A DNA stretch of 64,000 nt from Scyliorhinus canicula. Taxonomy: Eukaryota. The position numbers were made by a program, and so were the translations under genes. The stretch's first letter is position 1. The number at the start of each line of letters is the position of its first letter. Shown here one piece after another: positions 1 through 11,296 of the stretch. The notes under the pieces were generated by a model that saw nothing but the letters and a program-made list of their open reading frames with translations, was not told the origin of the DNA and did no database searches. Where the stretch lies: positions 4,644,554 through 4,708,553 of the forward strand of contig NW_024055498.1 in NCBI RefSeq assembly GCF_902713615.1, given 5' to 3'.

Positions 1-640
1 GCACACATTGTACAAAGAACGACCCATCTAATGTACTCGAACTATATCTTTTCCAGTCAATATTTCGAAAGTTAAAGTCTCCCATAACAACTACCCTGTT
101 ACTTTCGCTCTTTTCCAGAATCATCTTCGCCATCCTTTCCTCTACATCCCTAGAACTATTAGGTGGCCTATAGAAAACTCCCAACAGGGTGACCTCTCCT
201 TTCCTGTTTCTAACCTCAGCCCATACTACCTCAGAAGAAGAGTCCCCATCTAGCATCCTTTCCGCCACCGTAATACTGTCCTTGACTAGCAGCGCCACAC
301 CTCCCCCTCTTTTGCCCCCTTCTCTGAGCTTACTAAAACACCTAAACCCCAGAACCTGCAACAACCATTCCTGTCCCTGCTCTATCCATGTCTCTGAAAT
401 GGCCACAACGTCGAAGTCCCAGGTACCAACCCATGCTGCCAGTTCCCCTACCTTATTTCGTATACTCCTGGCATTGAAGTAGACACACTTCAAACCACCT
501 ACCTGAACACTGGCACCCTCCTGCGAAGTCAAATCTGTGCTCCTGACCTCTATACTCTCAATCTCCCGTACCCCAAAACTACAATCCAGGTTCCCATGCC
601 CCTGCTGAATTAGTTTAAACCCCCCAAAGAGCACTAGACC
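1..640 (-). mobile_element. CR1-type LINE fragment (endonuclease region), truncated by window edge
   Basis: Minus strand near the window start reads RVVVMGDFNFRNIDW, the APE endonuclease GDFN motif typical of CR1 ORF2. Confidence 0.75.
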
Positions 641-689
641 ATGCATAGAATCATCAGCGCAGACCTTTCGGTAAACAGCCAAACACGCT

Positions 690-1150
690 GACCAGTTGCA
701 TGAGGAGAGGTTCAGTCGGTAAGGCCTACACGCGCTGGAGTTTCGAAAAATGAGTTGCGAACTTACTGAGATATATAGTATTCTCAGGGCGCTTGACAAT
801 ATAGATGCTAGAGGTTGTTTCTGCTTTTGGGAGAATCTTGGACCAGAGGGCACAATCGCAGAGTAAGGTGCCGCTCATTTCAGACGAGGATGAAGAGGAA
901 TTTCTTCTCTCAGAGGGTAGTGATTCTATATAAGTATTTGCCGTAGAGAGGTGGTCTGGTCAATAAATATGTTCCAGGCTGAGACAGACAGATTTTTCAT
1001 CAGGAAGGGAGTCAAGGGTTATGGGGATAAGTAGGAAATATGGAGTTGAGGATTTTACCAGATCAGCCACGATGTCATTGAATGCCAGATCAGATTCCAT
1101 GGGCCGAATGGCCAACTTCTGCTCCTATATATTATGGTTTTATGGCAACT
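690..1150 (+). mobile_element. Degenerate CR1 LINE 3' fragment
   Basis: Resembles the 3' ends of the CR1 copies at 43-44 kb and 55-56 kb (e.g. gaggaatttcttctctcagagggtagtg); no intact ORF. Confidence 0.6.
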
Positions 1151-2654
1151 GGGGGACTTTCAATTGAATGAATTAATATATCTGAAACAAATCGTCGTGT
1201 CATTTACAATACTGATGAAGTTATCGAAATTTCCCAAAGCCCAGCAGGTTCACCAACATCCTTCAGGAGAAGAAATCTTCCCTCCTTACTCTGTTTTGCC
1301 TATATGTGACTAGATCAGCAGTGATGGATTGACTATTAACTGTCTTTGATACTGCTGAGCAAGAACGTCAGTTGATGGGAAGTTGCTACAGAAAGTCAAA
1401 TGTGATAAAACCGCTCGAAGGGCACCTTATCAAAAGGTGGCTCACATCCGGCTTCTCGGAATGGACAGTTAATGCTGACTTTGTTACTGATGGCCATATG
1501 GCGAGAATGAACTAAAACTGTGCAAAGTGCTGAAGATTCTGGAAATCTAAAACAAAAACAACAAAGTAGGCTGCTCAGCAGGTCAGTGAGCATCTGCAGA
1601 GAGAGGAACAGATTCACATTTCAGGTGGATTACCTTATTGATATAATTCTGAAGAGCAGAGCTACTTTTCCCAGTATCTTGGACCAATGTCCGTTCTTCA
1701 TCTAAAATCACAGATTAATTGGTCACTTATCACATCTCAGTTTGTGGGAGCTTGCTGTGCACAAATTCCCTGCTCTGTTTCCAACATTACAGCAGTGACT
1801 AAATTCAGCAAAAATATATCAGTGAGTTTTAAGGGCGTTGTTGGTGACCTGAAGTCGGGTAAAGCGTTTCACAAATGCAAGCGTTTTCCAAATGTTAACA
1901 TTTTAAAATGCAAGTTGTAATTTGTCAAAAGATCTGAGATTGGTGTGACTATAGGTCACTCTTCTGGCTGATGTTTGAATCTATCTACTTTAAATCGGTT
2001 AATATTTCAATCAAATAATCATTCAGTGGAAAAGTCGCTGGTTAAAGATGCTTTATTAATATAGGCATCAGAACTTTCAGAATGAATACTTGACTTAAAG
2101 TATTTTTTATTTCAATTAAGTAACATCTGTTCTGATGGAAGTTTCTATTCATTTTAACCAACTGTCAATATTCTTAAAATAAACCGCTATTTTGAGTTGA
2201 AACTAATCAATAAGTGACTGTGTTTGCCTCGTTTTGCTGACATGGACATTTCATTGTGACCAGTGAGGTGTTTATGTAAATAAACACAGAAATAGAAGTC
2301 CCAGATTAGATTTTGGACTGAAAAAAACCAAAACAAATCTTTCCCCACCAACACAGCACAGAAATAGATCCAAAGATGCTAATAGATCAACGGATTCCAG
2401 TAGTGTTTGTTTTTCGACATTTTTATTCATCAGTTATATGAGAAAAATATAATTATGATATCCATGCTCATAATTAAGAAAGATTCCCTCTAATCTCTAA
2501 AGAAAAGGGCATGCCAAGTGTGTTAGTAGAATTTTCTTGTGTCCTATCTCTCTCTGTGTCTTTCTCATAACTGGTTCTATCTCATGTATCTCCACGATGG
2601 GTCATTGTCTTTAATCAACATGTGGCCAATAATAATAATAATTTTTATTGACAC

Positions 2655-2790
2655 ATGTATGAAGTTACTGCGAAAAGCCCCTAGTCGCCACAACCGGCGC
2701 CTGTTCGGGTGAGTTGGAACCGGAATTGAACCCGCGCTGCTAGCCTTGTTCTGCATCACTAACCAACTGTCTAGCCCACAGAGCTAAACC
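2655..2790 (-). mobile_element. tRNA-derived SINE
   Basis: Reverse complement of the family at 17740, 44530 and 49420 (ggaatgtggcgactaggggcttttcacagtaacttcat core). Confidence 0.65.
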
Positions 2791-2799
2791 ATCTCGCTC

Positions 2800-3400
2800 A
2801 CCCCGATCTCACCCCGTTGGCTTCAAACTAATGGATCGAATTCAATGAATTGGAATAGGTAGAGGGAGTTATACTCTAAAATGTGGTTGGAGCATTCAAT
2901 GACTTTGGATATTTAATGAGAACTGGAGAGACAATTTTCCTCTATATCTGATCTGGGCTGCACAGGGACATAAGTGGCTGGGTTGGATTTATCCTGCGTT
3001 TTGTGAACGGGTCATGTTTGATAATGTTGCATATTGTTGGGTCCATGCCAGTGCTATATCTGCACTGGAACAAGTTTATTGGGGCCCAGCTAGTTCTGGA
3101 GCACAAACCTTCAGTATTATTGCTATAATGTTGCCAGGGCTAATGACGTTTGCAGCGCTGTCAGCCATTTCTTGATATCGTGTGGAGGAATCAAATTTCC
3201 TGAAGACTGATATCCACGATGATGCAGACCACCGGAGGAGGCCGAGATGGATCATCCTCTCGGCACCTCTGGCAGGAACTTTCAGTCTTGTTTTTTGCAC
3301 GAACGTGCTGGGCTCCCGCATCATTGAAGAGGGGAATTTTATTGAGGCTCCTGCTCCGGCTATTTGTTTCATTGTTCATCACTATTCAGGACTGGATGTG
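2800..3400 (-). mobile_element. Degenerate LINE RT fragment (CR1/L2 clade)
   Basis: ORF 3076..3372 ends NIIAIILKVCAPELAGP, resembling the LINE ORF2 segment upstream of the RT domain. Confidence 0.5.
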
Positions 3401-4737
3401 GGTGAACTGCAAAGGTAGATCCTATCCATTGAAAACAGGATCACAGTGATTGTGTGACATAAACAACGACATGCACTGGTGCAGTATTAATTGAAACAGA
3501 GTGTCATGTAATGTAAACAGAGACAGTCTAGTCTAACAAAAATACAGATGGAGCCCAATTTAAAATTAACAGAGACAGGAATTAATGCAGTAATTATTGA
3601 GGCAATGTCTGTTTCATGTAATGTAAAGCATCTCGATTTAAATTCCATCTGCTGGCCAAATTTTGCAATTGCAGTTACTGTGAAAATGTCGTTGGCAGGT
3701 ATGATCCATGATGTTGATGGGTCAATAATTCATCTCCACAAATGTAATATCACATCGCGTTCTGCGGAGCTGCTATAATCTAAGGTTTAACTCATTGCAG
3801 GTGTTGGTGGGTAATTATTGCGCAGTGAGGTCAGCACCAGAGCAAAGCGGCTCAATCCCTGGTAGCGCGTTTTTGTTCATGTTTGTTAAATGGAGGAGTG
3901 TTTCCTGGGCCCTGTATGGAGTCCATAGGAAATTTAACATTCAACTTAACGTACATGATGTTGGGGCGAATTCGTTGGTTCATTATACCAGCTGAAAGAC
4001 GGTTGGGGTCATTGTATCCAAAGCCTCCAAGGAAGTTAAGATGGGATCTTAAGTTGAATGGGAAATTGTGGGTGTGCGTGTAAGACAGAGAGAATGCATG
4101 TGTGAGAGACTGTATATCTGTGTTTCGCTGTGTGTGTGCGAAAGCACCCATGCTGTGTACAACTGAATGTCACTCAGGTCACAGGCATCCTTCAATTTCT
4201 AATAGATACCCAACAAATATCCACTGATTTCGAGACAAGTGTTGCACATGAAGCTCCCAATTGTCGTTTTGGGTTTTCATATTCTCGATTTATGTCAATG
4301 TCAAAGCTGCTAAATCCACTGGTCCTGGTGGCTCACACCAGCCCACCGGAAGTGCCGCCATTTTTTCCGTTTGCCGCTGGTGACACCCAATTGCGATGCT
4401 TAATATTTATTTAGGGACATTATGTCACACTTAGAAGAAACCTTGAAGTGGAATATCTGCCTCCCCACTGGATGCGTGGCCCCGGCTGCTTCGCGAAATG
4501 GAAATTCCTTGGTCATGTGACCATCTTCCATTTGGAGACCACACTAGAACCGTGCAAACCACCTCTTTTTGATTGTTTTGAAGGGACTTGGAAGCTCTGT
4601 CTTTGAGAGAACTACTGCATTTCTGATTTTGTCCTGCCAGTAAATATCCATAATGCACTGCGGACAACAACGATGACATTTTTTGAGCTATTTTTCTTGA
4701 CAGCTGCAAGTGTTCCTTGTTTCACAGACATACAACA

Positions 4738-5075
4738 AGGTTCATAGAATCATAGAATTTACAGTGCAGAAGGAGGCCCATCAAGTCCCTTGGAGACAGC
4801 ATCCTACCTAACCCGTACCTTCACCCTATCCCCACATCTCCACCCTATCGCTGTACTACCATCTGACCTTTTTTTGGATGCTAATGGTAATTTAGCATGG
4901 CCAATCCACCTATCCTGGACATCTTAGGACTGTGGGAGGAAACCGGAGCGCCCGGAGGAACCCACGCAGACACGGGGAGAATGTGCAGACTCTGCACAGT
5001 GACCCAAGGTGGATATTGAACCGGTGACCCTGAAGCTATGAAGCAACTGTGCTTGCCACTGTTCTAACTTGTTGA
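4738..5075 (-). mobile_element. tRNA-derived SINE (HE1/V-SINE-like)
   Basis: Reverse complement of the SINE family at 24575, 26036 and 54300; carries a CR1-like tail (catagaatcatag). Confidence 0.65.
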
Positions 5076-6114
5076 CCTAAGGTTCTGAGAGTTTAGGCCT
5101 TATAAACCATTAGCTCATTCCAAAGCTTGATGTTATTCCATGGACATTTTAATGAGTAAAACAACGGTAGTACCTGCTTTCCCCATGTCAGCATCATGTT
5201 CTACATCAAGGCAGAAAGTGCAACACCTTGTCCACGATCACTGTTTTCCTCATGCTTATGGCAAGGAAGAATAAGTTACATGCATTGGGGACAGAGTCCA
5301 GGAGTCTCTGCGGATGATGTTTTGTTTGGATGATCGAATTTTCAGCGTGGAGGAATCCTCTGATGCGGAGGCATTGTGATTTTGTCTCCGTTTTGATGAC
5401 TGAAAGGTTGTAGGGGTTGCAGCCTGACCGAGTGTGCTAGTGGATTTCATCCATATCCTCAGGGAAGGCAAAGATCAGCAGCTTGAAGAGAAAGCTCCCG
5501 AATAGAGTTGGGTCAATCACACGGTCCTCTTTCACTCAATTATTCACTTAGAATCTGTCGGAAGTGGAATCGTCAATCTGTACAATGCAGTGCATTTTGC
5601 CATGGAAGAAGTTAATGAGACAGGGGAGCTTTGGGAGACAGCCAATTATCCCCAAATCTTATAGTCCCTGCTCTGCTGACGGTGCCGAATGTTTATTGAG
5701 ATTGATAAAAGCAAGGTGAAGAGGTAGACTTGTGGTATAGGGAACAGATCACGCCCAGAGTAAATCTTGCGACACAAACACCGCACCTTGCTTCCAGCTA
5801 CATTCGGCCTGCAAGCAGATGAAGTGTTTAAAGTGTGAAGCTAGCAAAGGCCTTCCCAGTGCTGCTACGAGTGAGATCGGTCAATAGTTGCTGCAGTTTC
5901 CTCTGTCCACTGTGTTTTCAGATATTGGTTATGATTTTGCATCTCCTGTGGGATGGTTTATATCTTGCATCAGAGAAGGAGCAGGCCACGAATGTTCAGA
6001 AACATAGTAATTATATTCATCAATCTTCATTCGATTATGAATATAAATAATTAAATTCACCAATTATCGTTGTTTCACAAAAATTGGTACAGTTTTAAAT
6101 TAAGTTATATGGTG

Positions 6115-6990
6115 CGGGTGTCGCTGGCTTGGCCATGATTTATTGACCATCGCTAATTGTCTTTCACAAAGTGGTGGTGTGCCACCTATTTGAACGTCCG
6201 CAGTCACTCTGGTGTCGGTACACCGACGGTGCTGTTAGAGAGGGAGTTCTAGTCGTTTGAACCAGCGACACCAAAGATTCTGCGATATATTTCCAAGTCA
6301 AGATAGTGAGCGATTTGGAAGGGAATTTCCAGGTGGTGACCTTCCCATGTGTCAGCTGCCTTTTCCTTCTAGAACGTAATGGGCCTGGGTTTAGAAGGCG
6401 TTTCAAAGCAGACTTGATGGGTTTCTGCGGTGCATCTTGTGGATGGTAAATTATTGTCATTGTTCGTCGGTTGTGGATGGAACCTTGCCTCACACATCTC
6501 CTCTAAACTTTGCCCCACGGATCTTAAATCTATGCTACCTGGTGACTGACCTCGCCACCCTGGGAATGAGTTCCTGCCATCCATTCTATCCATGTCCATC
6601 ATAAGGGTGTTTGCACATAGGGTGACAATCAAGCGGGCTGATTTGGCCTGGAAGGTGTCAAGCTTCTTCAATGTTGTTGGAGCTGCACCCAGCCAGGCCA
6701 CTGGAGAGTATTCAATTACACTCCTGATTTATGCCTTATAGATAGTGAACAGGCTTTGGGAGTCAGGAGTGAGTTACTCGCCACAGATTTCCTGGACCCT
6801 GAACGGATCATGTCACCTCAGCATTTATATGGTCAGTCCAGGACAGTTTCGTGTCAATGGTAACCCCAGGGTATTGATAATTGCGGATTCAGCGATAGCA
6901 ATATCACTGAATGTCAATGAGAGATTGTTAGATTTTATTTGGTGGAGATGGTCATTCTTTAGCACTTCCATGGCGAATGTTACCAATTGT
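6115..6990 (-). mobile_element. Degenerate LINE 3' fragment (L2/CR1 clade)
   Basis: ORF 6369..6701 begins AWLGAAPTTLKKLDTFQAKSARLI, an RT C-terminal motif; a related copy lies at 17000-17480. Confidence 0.6.
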
Positions 6991-9417
6991 CACAATTCAC
7001 AAAGTTAAATAATTATATTAATCAATTATTATCAACTCACAACATAAATAGTTACATTCACCAATTATTTTCGGCATTTTGTTTTACAATATGTAAAGCA
7101 ATTCATTTAAGGGAGGTGGATTTGAGACCAGGAAGAGATCAGCCATGATGATTGAATGGCGGAGCAGGTCGAAGGTCTGAATTGCCTATTTCTGCTCCTA
7201 ATTCCTATGTATAACATAATCTATTGCGATTAAACTCCATTGCTATAGTGTTGACCATTCTGTCACCAACAAGTAACATCTGCATCAGAATTCAATGTGA
7301 AATGGAATTAAACCACACCGAGGTTAATATGCAGCTACCCAGGAGCCTCTGCGCTGTATTGGTCAGTAATCACCTCATCGTCACACAGAATCTCCAGACT
7401 GGAGTGTGTGCCGATTTTTAAAGTGCCGGTAGAAATGAAAATACCTGTACCTAATGTGACGTTAATGAATCTTTAAATCCCGATTTGTTATTACTTTGTT
7501 TTGAAAAGTAATGCAACGTCTGCAGCTGTCCACTGAGTTTCACAGGATTTCTGTTTTCAGTCTGGTGTCTTCATTAATTTGGGTTGGGACATCTGGAGTG
7601 ACTTATTGTACATGATATGACCACATGCCCACAATATTACAACCGTCCCAAATGTAATCATATTCCTGCATTCTCTCTTTGAGATGAAGATTCGCCATCA
7701 GCAGACAAGAATCACCAGAACCGCAGGAATATCTCCAGTTTCCTTATAATGACGTCCAGCTCCTTAGTTCCCCATAGTCTGGGGATGGAAAGCATCCAGA
7801 AAATCTTGAGCCACCGAATGTATTAGACTGACACAAATTATGAAGCACCTGCTTTAATTTATCAAGCGCAAAGTTAAGAATGTAGAACAATATCTTTCAG
7901 ACCATCTATCCATGCATCTATCAACCACATTCACTGATTCCTCAATCAAAATATTCAGGCATCCAACCAACATACATCCCGACATAAAAGCAGTCATCCT
8001 TTTATCTTTTGGCAGGCGGTGGTGTGGTATTAATGTTATTGTACCAGTAATCCAAAGGCCCGGGCTAATTCTGTGGGGACTCAGGTACAAATCCCACCAG
8101 GGCCGGTGGTGGAATTTGAATTTAATTAATAAATCTGGAATACATACTAATGGTGACCATGAAATCCCCTCTGCATCATCAATGAAGGGAATCTGACATC
8201 CCTCCCTGGTCTCACCTACACGTGGCTCCAGTTGGACAGCAACATGTCTGACTCTTCAGTTCCTTCTGAGCTGGCCCACTCAGTTCAACAGCAATTAGGG
8301 ACAGGGATCACATGGTGGTCTTGCCAGTGAGTCCCACATTCCATGGAAGAATAAAGGGAAAAACACATAAATGTACATGTTTATCTATTACAAAATGTAT
8401 CCCCTGTCTGATAGTCTGATTGTATTTCTATGCATCATCATAATGTTATGAGGTGTGGGAGAGATCCTCCAGCCGGCTACTGTTGTTAAGAGAGGCTAGA
8501 ACAGCTGGATAACTCTCCTTTCCTTAGAGATGGGAACAGTTCAAAACGGTTCACAATTTAAAACATAAAATGATGTGCAGTACTTTTGCTGGGTAGATTT
8601 GTTTATAAATAGTCCTCATTGGCAATGTTAAGAGTTTGAAGTTGGCTTGCAGCCAAGCGGCCAGTACTGAGGAAACAGATCTTTGAAAAACAAATCCAGA
8701 TGCTTCCTGTAAACAACATTGAACATTCGAACCTCCCTGACTGCAGGCGGCTGGATTGCTGCCAAATACTGTGTGGGGCAGATTAGCCTGAATATGAATG
8801 GATTAAATGGGATTTATCCATTCAAGCAATAAATGTTTAGTCGCACATGAAGTGAACGTTTTAAATGGTGATCCATGCAAAGAAATATATTCACTGACTG
8901 TTTTGTTCACTATGAGATTAAACACAATCGGAAAATAGTAACCTGACCAGATGCTATTTAATTTATATTCGTTCTGAGTAAAGTCACACTAGTTATTAAA
9001 GTAGGTTTGTTAAGAGCCTAATGAAGTGAGAGTGAGTGGTGTTGATTGACCCAATCCACAAGGTCAATAAGATAAGTGAAATTACAAAAACTAAAATAGA
9101 ATGAATTAAATGTAAATAAACTGCTTTGAACTCGGGGGGATTCCTACAATATTCTCCGAGTTCTTGATGTCCTTTAAATGGAGTGGTCTCTTTTATCTGA
9201 TTAACAAAGTGTTCTGTACAGTTTAATTTGTGCTGATTTCCATTGTTTAACAGTCCCTCTCATTGCTGCCAATGAGTGGAGAAATTACCAGTTCATGACC
9301 TGCTTTAGTGGAGAATAAAACATTTATTCCTGTGATATTGTGTAATATGCCTCAATGTCCTGATATCCTGTGTTCCCAACACCAGTGAATGTTAGACAGC
9401 CGCTGGTCAGTAAACTT

Positions 9418-9545
9418 AGCCATGATGTGGAGATGCCAGCGTTGGACTGGGGTGAGCACAGTAAGAAGTCTTACAACACCAGGTTAAAGTCCAACAGGTT
9501 TGTTTCAAACACGAGCTTTCGGAGCGCACACGAGCTTCCTGAGAA
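9418..9545 (-). mobile_element. Penelope-like element terminal-repeat remnant
   Basis: Matches the terminal repeat at 33973-34100 (ccatgatgtggagatgcc...agtaagaagtcttacaacaccaggttaaagtcc). Confidence 0.7.
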
Positions 9546-10266
9546 GTAAAATTAGCGGCAATGATTTGGATGCTGAAGGATAATTTTGCTGATCGCCCTG
9601 TCCGTTCCGATTCATTAACTTCTCTGTCAAAAGCTAATGTGAATTTTATGTTTCTCTGTCAACTCACTGCTGAATTATCAGGCAAGCGGCTTCTTTACCG
9701 CTAATGTTCACAGGACTGTCTGAGGCTCAGGGACAGTTCGAGAAATACGAGGAGAAACATTGTGTATTGTTAGAGTTTCTTCTTGACCCCAGACCTACAT
9801 TGTTTAATGATAGCCGTGCATACTTTAAATAGAATCACTTTATTCATTGCCCGTATTTAGTTACCGAAATCGAGAACAATTCTGCTGATAAATTATAAAT
9901 TATTATTTTAATTGGATAGAGACCCGGAGTTGTTGCAAATCAGACAGACATACGTTATTTCATCTTAATATAATTAATCTGTTTCTGTTCATCCACTTAT
10001 GTTGGAGTGCAGAAATAAAGGGACTGAATTTACAATGAAATTAACTTTTATTAACAGATGCGAAAATATAATTTCAGATTAGAGATAATAAAATGAATCC
10101 ATTCAAACAAATATCCCGATACAGATAAATGTCTATTTTAACAATAACATATAGTAAATCTCTGGGTCCATTCTGTTGGGGTGTGGAAGGTGGGACGTGG
10201 ATCCAGTCGCCGCCTCCACCAGGGAATCAACAGGCGGCGCCTGGAAAGCCGCCCCCTTCTGCCGGG

Positions 10267-10274
10267 TATTTAAA
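10267..10274 (+). promoter_or_regulatory. Candidate TATA box of the VH promoter
   Basis: TATTTAAA about 100 bp upstream of the leader ATG (10366), preceded by a GC-rich stretch. No canonical octamer seen in the proximal promoter. Confidence 0.45.
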
Positions 10275-10365
10275 TGCCGCTCACTGGGACCCGAATCCAA
10301 CAGTCCGGGAGCTGGTTTGTTCACTGAGTTCCTGACACAACCATTTCCCCCAAATGACCAGAAGG

Positions 10366-10411
10366 ATGAGGTGGGTCATTTCTCTCAGTTTGTTGCTGAC
10401 TTTCTTATCCC
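10366..10411 (+). CDS. IGHV: IgM VH leader exon
   Basis: MRWVISLSLLLTFLS plus 1 nt; donor gtgagt at 10412. Confidence 0.92.
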
Positions 10412-10540
10412 GTGAGTAGTTTTTATTGTCCAAGTCTCTCACTGTTACTGTCTCAGTGTTAGTCTCTCTCTGGAATGTTCCCAGAGTCACCAATCATTTC
10501 ACCAGCATTAATCCTCGGGCTTTTTGATATATTTTTACAG

Positions 10541-10842
10541 GTGTCCAGTCTGATGTTGTGTTGACTCAGCCAGAGGCAGAGACCGGGCGTCCCGGAGGCT
10601 CCCTGACACTGATCTGTAAAACCAGCGGCTTCAATCTTGGCAGTGGCTACATGAGCTGGTTCCGCCAGCTTCCCGGACAGGCGCTGGAGGGCTTGGTATA
10701 TTACTATAGTTCATCAGACAACATCTATACCCCAGCAATTAAGGATCGATTTACTGCGTCCAAAGACACTTCAAACAACATCTTCTCTTTGGACATGAGG
10801 AACCTAAAGACCGAAAACACCGCCATCTATTACTGCGCAAGA
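10541..10842 (+). CDS. IGHV: IgM VH exon (framework 1 to YYCAR)
   Basis: Acceptor ttttacag. Reads [34 protein letters not shown]...WFRQ...[17 protein letters not shown]...YYCAR with both canonical Cys and Trp; shark IgM VH type. Confidence 0.96.
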
Positions 10843-10874
10843 TACCAGATACCTGGGGTGTGGGGGGGCGGGGG
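10843..10874 (+). other. IGHD: Pre-joined D/junctional segment fused to VH
   Basis: 32 G-rich nt directly after the AGA (Arg) codon, with no V 23-RSS; followed immediately by a 12-RSS. Confidence 0.75.
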
Positions 10875-10902
10875 CACACTAGCTAGTGTCAATACAAAAT
10901 CC
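10875..10902 (+). promoter_or_regulatory. 12-bp-spacer recombination signal (D 3' type)
   Basis: CACACTA + gctagtgtcaat (12) + ACAAAATCC. Confidence 0.85.
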
Positions 10903-11209
10903 CCTCAGCACTAATGAACTGAGGCTGACTCGGTGCTCGCTTTTACAATCCAACTTTATTCATAGTGAAGTATTATTTATATATCCATCTCTGTCCAAAT
11001 GATAAGAAGAAATGTGGAAAATCTGTGATAATTATTCGCCAATCAGTTGGTGATTTCAATAACATGTTCTTAATGTAAAACATTTATGAAGAGCAAGCGA
11101 TATCCACAAATACAATTATAATTTCATGAACATTCACCTTGGCTTTCTTTTGCTGCTGGTTTGTGAATAGTTAAAATAAAGTGGATTTCTGTCTATTTTG
11201 TGCAGGTGC

Positions 11210-11248
11210 GGTTATTGTATGGAACTGCCCAGGGAATGTGACACTGTG
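11210..11248 (+). promoter_or_regulatory. 23-bp-spacer recombination signal of JH
   Basis: GGTTATTGT + 23 nt + CACTGTG (consensus heptamer). Confidence 0.93.
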
Positions 11249-11296
11249 ACTATCTAGACTACTGGGGACAAGGGACCATGGTGACGGTGACTGCAG
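11249..11296 (+). CDS. IGHJ: JH segment
   Basis: YLDYWGQGTMVTVTA (WGxG motif); donor gtaag at 11297. Confidence 0.96.

Noticed and set aside
3442-3469. CACAGTG at the edge of a LINE fragment
   Set aside because: No acceptable nonamer and no V-like coding sequence upstream.
10860-10895. [10 protein letters not shown] in the V reading frame, resembling a J WGxG motif (fully joined VDJ)
   Set aside because: It overlaps a well-formed 12-RSS, has no splice donor, and a real JH with its RSS lies downstream.
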